Of a stretch of DNA of 64,000 nt, positions 14,801 through 29,851 are shown one piece after another. This stretch comes from Bugula neritina (Eukaryota > Animalia > Bryozoa). Both the position numbers and the translations under genes were made by a program. Position 1 is the stretch's first letter. Every line of letters starts with the position of its first letter. A model generated the notes under the pieces. The model did no database searches, was not told the DNA's origin, and worked only from the letters and a program-made list of their open reading frames with translations. The stretch spans positions 27,544,628 to 27,608,627 of the forward strand of contig OZ037767.1 in assembly GCA_964035545.1 (NCBI GenBank), written 5' to 3'.

Positions 14801-16421
14801 TTTTTTATAAGACTAATAATGTTGATCATAACTAAAGTGTATTATAATACCATTGTTTACAGTAAATCTTTATATTTTCTTTGAAATGGTATATACTTGT
14901 ATTTTGCACTAGCGCAGCTGTAGTAGAAACTTCAAAGATTTGCTACTAAACAATAGTAGTTATCACCTTAACTGTGATATTTGCAAGGAAATGCATTCAA
15001 ATGATTGGGCAGCATGACATTATGTGCCAAGTGTCATCAAGTATAGTGTCAATGGGCAGCTTGTGGTCTTACTTCTAATGAATGATATAAGAGCGAAAAG
15101 TTACTGATACGACCCCAACACCAAATAAAAAGTTAAATACTCTAGCTAAGTAGAAGTATGTATTTCCACACCAAATAAGTTTATGTAATGTATTCGAAAG
15201 CACAATCACGTAATGGATTTTGTAACATGGGTGATGGTGTAGATGTGTATTCATGCAATTTACAGAGTAGATATATTACAAAAATGATATTAGTAAACAA
15301 CTAAACTTTAACTGTTTCAATATAGTGTCACTATATGTTTTGTAAACGTGAATAGATCAGTATAGGAAGAACTACTGTATTAATGGAATTTCAAGAGAAC
15401 AGGATGCATTGTGATTTATTCTGAATATACATATTTTACTTTCAGTGTCCACTCTCACTCACTCAAATGGTAAACTAGTAGGCAAAGCTTACTGAGGAAA
15501 AGGAAGAGCATGAAAATGTCAGTCCCATACAGCAGAATAAACTTATTCAAAGTCGTTGATCACCCAACTTCAGGAGTTGAATACATGCAAGTTTCCAACA
15601 TAGGCTATCTGCATGGGTTCCATAAAACTATAAACCTTAAAACTACTGAGTATAATACGTAGATACACATCTTAAGATAGTAAAAAGTGTTAAGTTTACA
15701 CAGGTTATAGAAACTTTTTAAGAGCCCTTTTTCATAGAATATATATTTTCATAGAGTCTCTGTTACTCTATTATGTTGAGAGCATTATATTACACTATGT
15801 ATTATACAACAATAAGAGTAGGCCTGCTAACAATACAAGATGAGCTACATCCCTACTGGTTTGATGAAGTAAGAGCTGTTGGCTATTTGTTTGGTAAAAT
15901 AGTTGTTATATCTTCACAACCATCACACTTTTTGTAGGCGATTCAACAAATCAAAGTCTGGTGTTGAAATATTGAACATAGAGAGAGGAAAAAGAAGAAT
16001 TGTAAAGCTATGTAAAGAATACTACGGCAGGCCTATTTTGTTGATAAAAGTCACATGTTTTAAACTTTCAACATCGAATCCAAGTGGTTATTAGCTTAGA
16101 CTTCAAATCTATGAATTAGTCAACATCTTATGTCACTATAGCAGTTTCCTACTGTCTATTTTTAGCCTTTAATTGAATTTAAAGATAAAAAGACTGTGTC
16201 TTTCATAACAATCTAAATTCTACAAATTTTTGTACCAATTACAGTCATAAGCCAAATTTTATGAGGTAGTGTACATTGGATGCAAAAATGGGTTTCTATG
16301 AAGCCTAAACTCTATCGTTAATAATTACAGTTTATGACGCTGCTTGCTGCTGTCCCATATTACACAAATAATTAAAAACTTAAGCTAATATGCCGTGGAT
16401 GTATTTCTATAAAGTGTTTAC

Positions 16422-16536
16422 CTTTGAGTGCTTGCATCTCTGGTTTAGCCGAGGTTTTATTAAAAGATAGGAAGAAAGGAGTGTTTCTGGACAGACCAGC
16501 AGTTGTACTTCTACGACGGCTATTTCGACGGAACAT
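16422..16536 (-). CDS. Alternative first coding exon (isoform C), MFRRNSRRRSTTAGLSRNTPFFLSFNKTSAKPEMQALK
   Basis: ATG at 16536, donor AAG|GTAAAC at 16422, 115 nt (phase 1). A CpG-rich promoter-like stretch lies upstream (about 16600-16990). In frame with exon 11876-11772. Confidence 0.65.
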
Positions 16537-19500
16537 GGTGTCAATGCAATACTCCAACTCAAAGATGCTAAATAATCCAGTAGTTTAGGTGCTCTCCTTT
16601 ATGGATATATCCGGAGAAACATCAGCGTTTGCAAACTTTTCCAGTCGAGTTTGTTAAGGAAATCTAACTAGCTTGTACTGTAACCTCGCTACGTTTAGTT
16701 GATAATGATTGATTACTATTAGATTGACCGAACACATACAGACAGATTCTGTTATTCATCCTAGTAGATTGTACGCAATAAACCGTCGGCTGCATAGAAA
16801 TATCAGCTGATAGCTTTTGTTCGGGACTACCCGTCATCCGCCAGTGTTTATAGTCGGTAATTTTGAACCATTGTAAATGTATGAATGAAAGCGTATCGTA
16901 TTCAATCGATTCAGTTTCATAAATTCAATATCTTACTATGACGGAACTCATACAATTCAATTACACCGAAGCTGATGTTTGGCGGTGCAACGGTAATCAG
17001 CAAAAAGAATTGAATTTTAAAGTTACTCTAAGCTTGTTATTGTTCATCCAAAATTCAAAATACTCATTCGCACTGCTTGCTTCAACAGAAACTACTTTTA
17101 AAATGGAAAACCAGTTTTTGCATTAAAGAATGCAGCGTGCAAGTATGTCAGTGTATTATCAAATGGGTTAGCAGCTGAGAGAGTGGTTAATGCAAGTGCT
17201 GACATTATCCAATAAATGGATCCTAATAAAAGAATTTCCATTGGGCGTTGCTATGGAAGCTTTCAATAGTTGTCAGTATATTATAGTTTTACAACAGTTC
17301 ACACACTTGAAACAGACACACAAAGTTAGTGATAAGCAGGTGCCCCACATTGTATATAATATGAACTTGACACTAAATCAATTAAATGTCACAAGCAGAG
17401 ACGTGCACTACTAGTGTCTGTGTAGTGAAACAGCCCAGTGTGTCATTCTGTTATACATTAGTCATAAGTATGATTCATTGGGAGTGTAAACTAAATGATA
17501 AAAACTATTATGTGAAACAGATTAATGTGCAGACAGTTAGCCTATGGCATTGAAGATAGCCTGAGTTCTTTTCCATAACTTTAGGGGGCTTCAATAACGG
17601 TGCTTGTTTAATAACATCAGCAAGTTATGCAATTGTAAAGGCTGCCTTGTGTAACAGCAGGAGGTACTATACTGGCACCAAACTCAATTACAGAAATTAT
17701 TTTTCGTAGTAAAAGTGAACTTCGAGGTCAAACCTAAAACTAAATTGCAGTAGCCTGTTAGAGTTGTATTTTCCATGAAAAGATTGGCTATTTATAGATA
17801 GGTAATGATATTAATCACTTAGACTTGGTGTATTCTATAGTCATGGGATAGTGTTTTGGTAAGTTTTTTTGACGTTTTTGCAACATAAAATGGGCAAAAA
17901 GCTGATCTTATGTTCAGTGGTAAAAGCTGCCCATAAGAATTCTAATTTGATTTCTAATGAAAACCAAAGGAAATTTCTAGGCCTACCAAAGATTACATAC
18001 ATGAGTCTTAAACAAGTGTTTGAATAAGTTTCCAAGTTGGGATACTTAAGCAGTTATTGAATTTGTGCAACTCTGAGCATTGCTAAATTATAATGCATTA
18101 TAAGCTATGCCGTGCAGCAATATATTACATTAGCATCAGCATAATGCTTTTAGCTCTCTTCTGGGTCTACAGCAGGTATAATTAGCTGTAATTCGTTCAG
18201 CCTAATCTGATAAGGTCTCAAGTTGTATTCAAAGGCCACTGAGCATTACTTTACAGCCCAGGAAAAGTTTGCATGTTAAACTGTAATTATTCTACACTAT
18301 TACCTGCATTCCACCACCTGAATGGGTATAAATATTACCTCATATTTTACATTATATAGCATAGAGCTGGTTACAAGCAAGCTGTTACCTGAAAGATGGT
18401 CATAAAAGGTGAATGAACTGCAAGTATAGTGTGCATATCATCATAAAGTCCTTAAAGTAAAGAGTTGCTTTGAGAAGCTATGTTTCATTGTCCCTTATAA
18501 TACTATCCTACATAATTTATTGACTGCCTATTTATAGTGCAGCAATATAAACACTACGGTATTATAGAATAATATGAAATTATTAATATTAATAATGATA
18601 ATAATGATTGTTGTGTATGTAAAGTGTAACCTACTGCTACTTGCAGCTCAAAATAGGTGCTATGCTGTACCTGTACAATATAAAAATATATACATGTAAT
18701 TACTATATGAGATATTATATTCGTGATATATATGTGAAAGTTGTATCTTTATTAGTGTTGCTATTTACTTGATGGTCAATTAAGACAGATATGCAGAGTT
18801 TGAAAATGAGGTAGAGCAGCCCAGTGGAGACTGGCAAAAATAGTCACAAAAATTATGATAATCAAATGTATTTGAAACACAAGGAGTTGCTTCCTTTTGT
18901 AAATGAGTATGTAGCTTTATATAAAGAGAAAGCAACTTCCAAATAGCAAGAAAAATAATTATTTTAATTTTTATTTAATAGTTGTTCACCCTAATTAGTA
19001 TAAAATATAATCACCAATACTTATCAACACGTTATATAATTAAAGCATATCGGTATATTTGATTTTAGCAATAATTAGACATTTAAATTAATTGTATAAT
19101 TAATAATAAAATATTAAAAATAACCATTAAAGTGTGCGGTTGGTATGTTAGATTTTATCTATTAGTTAAGATTGCAGAAATAGAGAATAATAGTTTTGAT
19201 TTTAATTAGAGCAACATAACTTTGAGGTTTAAGATTTAAGCAGCTTAATTAAGTTTATATGGCAGTGTACAAGATTCTCTTTTGTAACTTGCAATCTAGC
19301 CCATGTGGACAAAACAAGTCTACAAATTTTCTTTCAAAATAGGATTGCAGTTTTCAGCAATATACATAATAAGAGTTAGTGCTTTCATTCTACCTACAAA
19401 TTTAAAATCGCTCATAAACTAGTTTACCTAATGCTAATTCCTTGCTTGTAAGTAGTCCAAATTTTTGTCAGCATTTTTAACAGCACATTTATATGTGCAT

Positions 19501-20226
19501 GAATATGTCTTGGTCATTTTATAGTACGATGGAGTAATCAGGTAAATATTTTAAGCTTTTCTAGAAAGTAATAATAAACTACTAGAAACAACAGTGTGAA
19601 CGCAAAGATAGGAGGTGCGCAGAAGAGAAGAAAAGAGCAGAATATAGACAACTGAACAATGCAACAGATTTCTTTATCAATGAAATGGTGAAAAATGTTA
19701 TGCGTTACATGGTGCACTTGTATACTAAAGTTTATTGCTACTAGCTAACTATTTTATTCTACAGAAAATAATTTGTACAGCAAACCCCAACCTGGATATA
19801 AAACTTTTAAAATTATAATGTAAACACAGGTAAAACGTGTAGATTTAACTTCATTGCCCGCGTGGCTAGAGTTCATACATACAGCAATTTAAATTTTGTT
19901 ACGCTTCCCTATTCAGTTATGGGGAACCAAATGCACTATAACTATATATAATGTACTATATAGAAAATACACTCTAGGTAGGCTATGCATTTAATACATA
20001 TCCTATATGCTGTGACTACAAAGAAGTTTAAAAACTTTTTGTATTTTTCAAAACTGTTTTTATCTTTAAGCCACACAATTCAAACAGTGATGTTTAAATT
20101 AGTTGAACACATTAAATATAACGATACATTTTTTAAAACCAAATCAAATTACCGAGGGCCTGGTGATTAAACTACTACTTTTTATCACATAATAGAGGTA
20201 GAAATCCCTGATGTTTCAACACTTAC

Positions 20227-20251
20227 CGTGATGAGACACGCTGCGGATCAT
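20227..20251 (-). CDS. Candidate alternative first coding exon (isoform B), MIRSVSHH
   Basis: ATG at 20251, consensus donor ACG|GTAAGT at 20227, phase 1, within a CpG-enriched patch. An upstream out-of-frame ATG at 20262 opens a 4-codon uORF. Confidence 0.4.
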
Positions 20252-21835
20252 GAACCGTACATGTTTACCTCCTTTGCTTGTTTTACCTGAGGTTTGACAC
20301 GACAAGCTTCTCTGCAAGTGCGACATTGTAACTCAATGCACACACCAAGTGCTGACTTTACTAAAGTTAGTTCGATGCCGTGAATAGGGTGCTGCTGTTG
20401 TCCCACAAGCTGATGTCTATTACCACATTATTATATTATTTTCAATACGAAAATAATTGGTGAAGTTTCAGCAATGGCTGACAATTTACTACAAAAGCCC
20501 CTGTAGATAATCACTTTAGATGTGCTGTATGCTGTATAGAGATGATTTACATAATTGTAGTCTCTACTTGACAAACTGAAGAATATTATGACTTCTACTG
20601 ACAACTTCTTTTCAACTTATCTTCATAGCAGAATGATTTTCCTTATCTGTATATTTCCAGTCTAGTATAGACTTTCTCTTGTAACAGCTTCCCTTAGCTT
20701 ATGAGCTACTAAACGTAAGTCCTTCTAGCTGAGAATACATCTGTCTAAGTGACTGTTGAGTGTTAGAAAATGAATGAACAATATTTCTTTGATGGGAAAA
20801 CGTTAGATATATCAAGACAGGATGTAAGTGTACTGTGCTACACAGTGCAATGAAATGCTTTCACTGTGCCGTAAGTGTACATGTATATACAATAACAACA
20901 GGCTGTTTCATTCATAACTAAATTATCAGTCCCCAAGGTGCGTGTCCCTTTTGAATAGTTTATGCCTATTAGTGTAGCATCAAGTGCAAAAAGATATATA
21001 CCAGATTGGTGTACAATAAAGTTGCTAGCAAGCAGCTGGGATCCCAATGATAGGTGCAAAAGAGAAAGCAGTGAACTAGATATGAAGAAATATTCTGGAG
21101 ACAGCTTTGACAAAATCATTAAACATGGAAAACTATTTTCTAGTTTCTGATGCAATAAAACCCAAAATAATGTTATGCAAATATATTTTGAACATTTTTG
21201 AATAGGATTTCTCAACAGAACTAGAGTAGTTAAAATTCAGGTATGCAGTGATAGCAGCTGCGCTACTGCTTTGTGTCCTATCATAGAAAATCTATATCAA
21301 TTTGTTGAAACTAAGGACAATATCAGCGATGCTGAAGTTAAGTGTTTTGCTATAAAGTTATGCATCTTTTCATATGGTAGGCAGTAACTAATGGTATTTC
21401 ATTAGGCATAATGAAATGATTAAAAAGCCAATAATGTTACTTATCAACTAAAATTGTGTATCATGCTATCGAAATTTAGCTTAAAACTTTACGTCATATT
21501 GATTAAAATAAAATAATTTTGCGTAACACACATGCTCATCAGCAAATTTGATTTTACAATGTAACATGATGTCAGTAGCTCTTATCTGTTGTAAATAGTG
21601 GGTTTATAAATAGCTGCATGCACTAATATTTGTCTTTTGATAAATTTAAAATACAAATTGTTGAAAGTGCTAAGATAATCATTTTATGGCAACAAATTTT
21701 TGTGAAAAGACAACTCCTGTTGGCTTCAGTTGACATGAGCATTATTTTCTGCTGGCCTTCAACTGATGGTAATATATATAAAAAAGAAATAACTACTTAT
21801 CATTGAGTACGCGTAGATTGAGTCATCATGCTTAC

Positions 21836-22169
21836 CTTTATCCAATGAGGAAGATTTGTTTGAAATGAGATATTCGTCCAAACAGGAGCCACGCCTCATT
21901 CGGCTTCTTCCGAATTTAACTTCTACAAACTTCTTTTTTCCGCCAAATTTCTTTTTGAATTTTTTTTGCAGCAAAGTGCTTTCTGGAATATTTGGTGTAT
22001 CGGATAATTGTGTGGCGATTCTTATAGAAGTTTTCTCCCCACAGTACAAGTTGATCGGTTCGGAGTTTTTCCTTCTTACCGACACATGTGGATGAAATGG
22101 TTGTAAAAGCAGTTGTGACTGTTCGCTGTCGAGGGAGTATGACCCCCTTCTCTTCCCAAACACAGGCAT
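21836..22169 (-). CDS. First coding exon (isoform A) of an unidentified large gene; basic N-terminal peptide with PKA-type sites
   Basis: Acceptor tttatttttag|aaATG at 22171. Encodes 111 codons MPVFGKRRGSYSLDSEQ...RMRRGSCLDEYLISNKSSSLDK and ends at AAG|GTAAG in phase 1. Joins in frame to exon 11876-11772. Confidence 0.7.
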
Positions 22170-23321
22170 TTCTAAAAATAAACAAAAGTCATTTTACAAA
22201 ATTTTAGAGGACTTATTGTCTTGATTCCTTGTCTAAGAACAACATACATTGTTAAATGTTAAATGTTGAATGTTAAATGTACTGTTGTGTAAATATACAA
22301 TAATAGAATGTAATTTTAAGGAATTGTCTTATTTTTATTTGCTTTGATAAAACAGATTTTTAAGTTATGAATTCATTATATAGAAATCTGAACACATTTG
22401 GCAAACATTAGAGAAGCTACAAAATGATAAGTTTAGCTAACTGAGCATAATGTATAAAAAGTACTCAAAAATTTTGAAATAATCTGATTTTCAGTTTTAA
22501 TTTAAGTAACTGCAAATACTCTCTAACTGTCTAAAAAAACTCCATCAATTTATATAGTTTGTTGCTTATGGGAAAATTAATATGCAAAATAGTAAAATTT
22601 CTGGACATAATAAAGCCATGACACTAAAATCTTGTGAGAAGACAACATATGACAGGTTTAGAAAATTTGCTGTAATAATTTGTGCATAACCTATGCTAGT
22701 ACTCCAATTCACTTACTTATTTGTTTAAAGAGCAACCCTATTATGCTGAGTGATTGCAATACATCTATTTCTAATTTGTAATGTGTTTAATATAAACTAC
22801 AAATAGCTGCATATAAGAGATCAGTGATATTCATAGTACCACCATAAGATATACTTTGCAGCATATTATCTACATGATGATATTGTTATGGTTATAGTCC
22901 TTACATAGCCAAAAGTTTTGTATAATGCGTAGCACATCTAGGCATACTTCGAATTAATGCGTCATTTGTGAGATCGCCAATTCTAAAGGTTAAACGAACT
23001 ACTGAATCTCGAGAACATTTTCATCTCAGCCACTGACAATAACATGAAATGCTATTTTTCAGAACTCAGTTAAGGTTTCATATGACCTCAGCCTAACATG
23101 CCCTTGAATAAGCTTGTACTCTTTAACACACACCTCACACACATTCTGTTTAGCTTATGTAGATGGACTATCTTACACAATGCTGGTGTTTAGTGGGTGC
23201 TTCTGAGTTGCAAAATCATCCTGCATGTCTATTTCTGAGTAGTATTCTAATGACTCATGCTGACCTTTATTCGGACTAGATTTTACAACTAGTATAATCG
23301 AAAGGTAGTTTATAGAAAATT

Positions 23322-23462
23322 GCTGGAAGCAGTACCGAATTCGAGGTGACTGAGTGCAGAGGTTGGGAGGTCTGAAGTTTGGAGCCAGAGGTTTGGAGTG
23401 CCCACAGTGATGCTTTTACACACACTGTACCCAGTCACCCCCAACTCAGTGCTGCTTCTAGC
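23322..23462. repeat. Imperfect 38-bp inverted repeat (decayed MITE or RNA hairpin)
   Basis: Arms 23322-23359 and 23425-23462 match at 30/38 positions as reverse complements; 65-nt spacer. Confidence 0.7.
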
Positions 23463-26400
23463 GGGATCCTAGTTTGTAGCCATATAGCATTGTGCTGGCC
23501 TTGTTATATAAAGCCCTAGCTCACTAACAGGCACTGTGCTTATGCATGTACCTTGTCTATACTTATGCAGAACAAGTGGTGTTCAAAGATGATCAACTGT
23601 TAAATGAGCACAATCACTGAGAGATAAGGAAAGTTTTAAACTACAACATACCTAATATTTTATGACCATTCAGCTATGTAATAGGGTGCTTGAAGCTGTT
23701 CCAGTAGATTTAGTTCTTTGATACCGATACTTAGACAAATGTGAAGTGGGTGCTCCGAGTACAAAGTATGTAACACTGATTTCCCAGTCTCAGGTGGATC
23801 TCACACAGTATGCATTCAGTTAGCTCTCATAGGTTTAATAGCCTACTAGAATGTTATAGCTCAATGATAATATAGTGTGCCTAAAATTAATTTGACGCCA
23901 TTTTGATGAAATATCATAATGATGAAAGTGTCTTTAATATAAATAAGTGTTTGAGTGGCCTCTTCTGTTAATTAAGAAATGGCATTAAAACTTTGACAGG
24001 AATGTTGTGTATATATAATAAGATTTTAAACCCATTTCAGAATAATATAAAGTGTGTCAACCAGTTGGCTCATCCAATTAGTTTGTGTATACAAGTGGCT
24101 AGCTGTAAACTACTGTTAGAAATGTGTGGCTACTACAGTTTACTACATTGTCTTAATATTGCACCTTGTAATTGTAGTTAGAAGATAATCTCTAAATCTC
24201 CAGCGAACTGGAGGTTAACCTCATTATTATATTCTTGTGCAATAAGAAGACAATAGAAAGAGTACAGTGTTCACTTAACGTATTGCACCACAAATAGTAT
24301 TAGCTGTATTATTATTGTAATGTTTTATAATAATATTGTCTACTGCAAGTTTGCTGAGTTGTGTAGATGCATACAATAGAAACATTTTCTAATACGTTGC
24401 AGAAAAGTATATAATCTAGTTCTTTTTCCAAAAACTTGAAAGTTGGCTTTTAATTGTACCCTGTGTCAATCACACTTAGTTTCTTCTTAAAATAACCTTT
24501 ATGAATTATAAAGAATAACTATGCATTTGAAGGATAGCATATTATGTAAGTTTGTGTTTCTTATCTTATGGTGAGCAAGTGGATACATATAAACATTTCA
24601 CTCGCATCTGGTTGCAAGGAAAAGTTGTATAATTGCAATGCAAACATTAGCACATGCTGCATGTTTGCAAAAATTCGATGCCTTCTAGTTGTTATCACAG
24701 AACCCATTTTCTAAGAGATAAAATGTCCCATCTCCAAAGTTGTTAGAGTTTTAGTCAAAAAAATTAACTTTACCAAAGTTATTCTAGCTTTTAAATAATG
24801 GACATGGTGTACGTACAACGCTAAACCATAAATAGCAAGATCTTTTAAGTTTTTTTTTCTAAAATGCAATATTAATTAAGAGCATATAAGATTATGGTTT
24901 AGAGAAAAGTACCAACCTACCTAATAATAAGTAATAACTATGCATACTATACTTTTGAACTTTAAACTTTGTTATAATCATGTCATATATTTCATTTAAA
25001 GGAACTTTGTTCAAAAACACTTCAAATAATGCACAGATTTACCACACTACTGCATTTTCACAAAACATTTTCAGACTATTTACTGATTTTCAAATTATCA
25101 AGGTTATCTTTCAGCAATACAGGTTTACTATCAGTACTTAAATTTAGCTCCAAACCAGTTAAGACTTGCCATTAATTGACATTAGTAAGAATATTAAACC
25201 ACAAATCTTAACACTTGACAAGTAAGCAAGGTGGCAGAAGGTTTTCTAATCTGACAAGTCATTAAAATAAGATAATTTAATTGATAGAATTTGTGTTATT
25301 ACTTTCAAAAGAAGTTATTAACTAACCGAGCTTTATGTTTCAATAAAACATTATTTGTTGTAGATAATTGCTTTAATGTCTTCCTATTTTACTTATAATT
25401 TGCAAAAAGAAACATTGTATCATTTATCTAATTAAGGATGTCATGTTAAACCATAAACATTTCAATTCGCAATTAGTATTACCCTAACTGTGTTTCACAA
25501 TGTGAGATTACCATCAAACAAAATGGCTGTATGTACAACAAAGATTTCAAACAATATTCTCAAGTAAAACATGCCATCATATATCGAATTACGTTTTATC
25601 TGATGTTATCTCCAACTGTAAAAACATACACCATATGCTTAGAATCACACCTTCAACACAAAAAGAACATGCATAACTTGTTGTGATGATAAGAATGTTT
25701 TTTTTGCAAATATCTTTATCAAACTTTTTTAAATGCTGGTTTTCATGAAGTTTTATATATAAACTGGCACATACAATAGCAAAGTATCACAGTAAACCTG
25801 TATATTTACAGACATGGCTATATAAAACACGACTGATGCTAAATATAATTGTATAATTCTGTGGCTAAACAGTACAAAACACAACTAGATAAGTTGTAAA
25901 TCTCACTCCAACATATATCCTGTTTGTCATTTAATCGCCAGGAAAACCGACATAAGAATTTGGAAATAAGATTATCCTAATTAGACACAAAGAGAAATGC
26001 TGTGCAATACCCTGGAAACTACAGGAAATCCTATATGACGAAACATATTCTTTCATGTTACTTTATGAATGAATTAATTCAAATTGATTACTATACTTAG
26101 TCTTACACAAAAAATTAGTCATGTTGTACATAAACTCAGACTATTTCATAACTAGTCGCAGGCAACACATCTTGATGGGTGAGATAATCCATACTTGATA
26201 TCAATTGCAGCAAAATTTCAAATTTTGAAGACTAAAACTATTTGCATGCATGACTACTATTCGATAATAATGCAAGCTTTTAACTATGAGTTTTCAACAC
26301 TCGGTTATGAAGTGATAGCAAAGTTTTTGGTGCTAAAAGATTAGTTGAATGTGTCTACTTACGCTTTATGATGCAAAAGTTATATAGTTTTTAATTTGCA

Positions 26401-26581
26401 TTAACTTTGAATACTATTATCAGTAACAAAATGATCTTTAAACAAGGCTCTAAAGGCTTTAAGATTTATTATTTCTAACATAGTCTACATATGATATACT
26501 TAAAACTAAGACTATAAAATAAATGTAACGTCTAGGTGCTTATAATGACAGAGAAAACACCTATACACTATAGTATTCACA

Positions 26582-26863
<282 letters not shown>

Positions 26864-27297
26864 AACATAGATGCAAATATGCAGTAGTTATATGGTCCTA
26901 AATCATAACGATATACAAGTACATTTTTAAGTTAGTATTTTAAGGATCATGACAGTTTCATTGGCAGCCTAATGCTGTTGTTGGATAACCAAAAGCTTAA
27001 AAGTTGTCATTTAAAAAAACATTCATATTTTATTTCCCATTGTTATTGACATTTGTCAATATGCTCATTTAAATTATCTACAATTGTGCATAAGCAGTAG
27101 CGATTTTCTTCACATTAGATTTGTATTTCACATTAGTTTGTATTTTTAGTCCCAAATTTCAACATTGCCTTGCTTTTAGTGTTTATAGTTTTAATTTCAC
27201 AAGACTTATAGAATACTTAGAAAAAGCTTTTGCTATAGCTATATGACAATAGTAAATACTCTTATAAATAAAGTGGTTTATATAAGACATTTCATAC

Positions 27298-27542
27298 CTG
27301 ATTTCACTTTAAACTGCTCCTGTGAATCTCGTTGCTGAAAGTGTTACTCCAACTTAAACCCGTAGTTGTTATGAATACAGATGAGATAGAAGGATAATCC
27401 TCGACTGTTAGTGATAAGTAGGCTTCTGTATTCACTATACAGGTGGTAGAGCAATGTTATAACCTGTTCAACTTCACTGGATCCACACTATAGCGCAACC
27501 CAATCTATCTCGAGTATCTGTGGCAAAACGCTTCTTAGAATT
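27298..27542 (-). other. Non-coding 5'UTR exon of the unidentified minus-strand gene
   Basis: Acceptor cctttgtttatttag| and donor CAG|GTATG. The 245 nt contain multiple stops and no ATG on the minus strand, as expected for a 5'UTR exon splicing onto the acceptor at 22171. Confidence 0.55.
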
Positions 27543-28099
27543 CTAAATAAACAAAGGAGCATTTTTACTCTTTACCATGCTTTTGTGATTACAGAAGCGT
27601 GACAAAAAAGGTGACTCAAGGTGTCTTTAGCCCTGCAATAAATTTGCAGGTGACTCAATAAAATACCTATACAATTATGTCACGTTGAAAAGGAGTAGTT
27701 GGTAGTACCGCTATAGTCAGTAGTGTATAACATGAAGGTACAATCTTATTACTTAGTTATTGAATACTTAAGGCTACAATGTATTATCTAACTGAAGACA
27801 ATGCATGGGTGTGTGTTCTCAGTTATCAAAAACTTGAACTTCGATCTACATGCAGTTTTTATACAAATACTATTACACAATATTTATATTAGGATAACAA
27901 ACACATAATAGTTGGCTAATATTATAATAAAACATGATAGTGGGCTAATATTATAACAAAATTTGATTATAGTTATAAGATAGGTAGCTACTATTACAAA
28001 AGCAAATATAACTTTGCAAACAAAACTTTGCTACCATTTTGTCTGGGGAATTCCAAGTTGATTACACATATTTTTATAGAGCAAAGAAGTAAAGAGGAG

Positions 28100-28363
28100 G
28101 ATGAGTAAGGAGGTGAGGGGGTAAGGGGTGGGCGTAATGGGGTAAGGGAGTAAAGGGTAAGGTAGTAAGGGGGAAATGAGGTAAAGGGGTAACGGGGTAA
28201 GGGGGTAAGGGGTAAGGCGGAAAGGGGGTAAGGGGTAAGGCGGAAAGGGGGTAAAGGGGTTTGGGGGTAAGGGATTAAGGGGTTAAAGGGGTAAGGGGGC
28301 AAAGAGGTAAGGGGAAAGGTGTGGAGGTAAGAACTAAGGGTAAGGGGTAAGGGGACAAGGTAA
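28100..28363 (+). repeat. Degenerate GGGGTAA/GGGTAA G-rich tandem array
   Basis: Roughly 30 imperfect units of 6-8 bp built on G3-5TAA; strongly strand-asymmetric. Confidence 0.9.
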
Positions 28364-29083
28364 GCAGCAGCAAAGTGCCACGACAAATTCAAATATTAGC
28401 TACTAACTGAATATCTAGAAAGATGTTACAAAAGATAAGAGGAGTAAAGGAGTTGAATGCAGTACTACCTAAGAAGGAAAGTGTGAGAAATGAGATATAC
28501 AAGTTTAGTATATTGTTATCTAATATTTATTATAAGTAAATCTTTTGCTGGTTCTACTGATCAAAGAAGTGAAACTCATAACAACTTTTTGAGTCGTAAT
28601 TGTTATTACTGTATGCATCCCCCTGTACCACTTATGGCTGAAGAGATACAACTACTTGTACTGTTTGAGGATACGATCAGCCCATATTTTCTGCTGGTGT
28701 GGTTTATTGACTGAAGTTTACTTGTTTTATAATAGCATTTCCTGACTACTGCCATATTTCACATATTTTACTGATTTTTGTTTATAAACTATAAAGTCTT
28801 TTGCCAAAATACTTTGGTAAGCTAATGCAATCAATTTAACTTTTGTCAGGTTGAATGAACATAATGAATTTAGACTAGTAGGCTATGTAGTTAATACAAG
28901 GAATATAAATACAATCAAGATATACATATTTATTATTGCTGCAATATCCAGAACACACTATAACACATTATATTGATGACATTTTTACATAAAATAACGA
29001 TATAATGACTTAGAACACAACACTAAATTAATTTTTTTATATCATATTGTATTCTATTCTAGTGTAGAACCATAAGGCTTTAA

Positions 29084-29851
29084 AGGATTGCTCTATCTTA
29101 GTTTATTACAATCACATTATAATTATGAACTATAATCTAATGTGTATGCAAACAATTGTGACTTTGCAAAGGGATATGTGCCTAGAAAACAGCTTTTCAA
29201 AATTCCAATTTTGAGGGAGGTAAAATTTTCAGCCATGAAAAAGAATAGCCTAATACGTGACGTGTGAACGCCAGTAACTATGCTGCACGTGCTAACAATA
29301 ACGCTAGTATTCAAGGTTGCTGAGCGAAACATCAACCAATAACGCTCAAGCAGTTACAGTGTGCTATATAGGTCAGCTTTGGTGCGCCCGTAATATTGCA
29401 CAATCTGACCTAGTTTAGATCGATCGCAGGCATTCATCCTAAAGAATGCATGTTTTTGCAATGCTTTTTTCTATGTTTACAAGCAAAATATGGCCTAATG
29501 TTATCACATACATGTTATTTAACATGTCAAAAAACTATAGATTGAGATAATTCACATTTGCACTTCTATAAATATACAAATTACGAGCTGAAAGATCACA
29601 TCTCACAGTCATATTTCTATAGTTATTCATTTGTATAGTCACGTGACCAGCAGGAATGCTGGCGCTGTTACGTCACACTTCCCAGCTCATTTCAAAATCG
29701 GCGTTTTGGCTGTTACCAATCTACACCCTCAACTTCAACTAACTTTTTCTACCTTTGGTCAAATGCTTTTTGTCAATGCATGCTTAGGAAAACACAATAT
29801 TATGTGTGTTTGACCTAAATGGCCATTTATTAGACAAGATAGAGCAATCCT
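29084..29851. mobile_element. Non-autonomous DNA transposon, Kolobok-like (TTAA TSD, 16-bp TIRs)
   Basis: TTAA(29080-83)|AGGATTGCTCTATCTT ... AAGATAGAGCAATCCT|TTAA(29852-55). 768 bp, CpG-rich interior, no transposase ORF. AG...CT termini with a TTAA TSD fit Kolobok rather than piggyBac (CCC/CAC termini). Confidence 0.85.

Noticed and set aside
1204-21215. Numerous 60-125 aa ORFs in the ORF track
   Set aside because: AT-rich intronic composition, no recognisable domains or consistent splice structure, apart from those overlapping the exons listed as features.
27994-28392. 132-aa Pro/Leu-rich ORF
   Set aside because: Translation of the GGGGTAA array; no splice or domain support.
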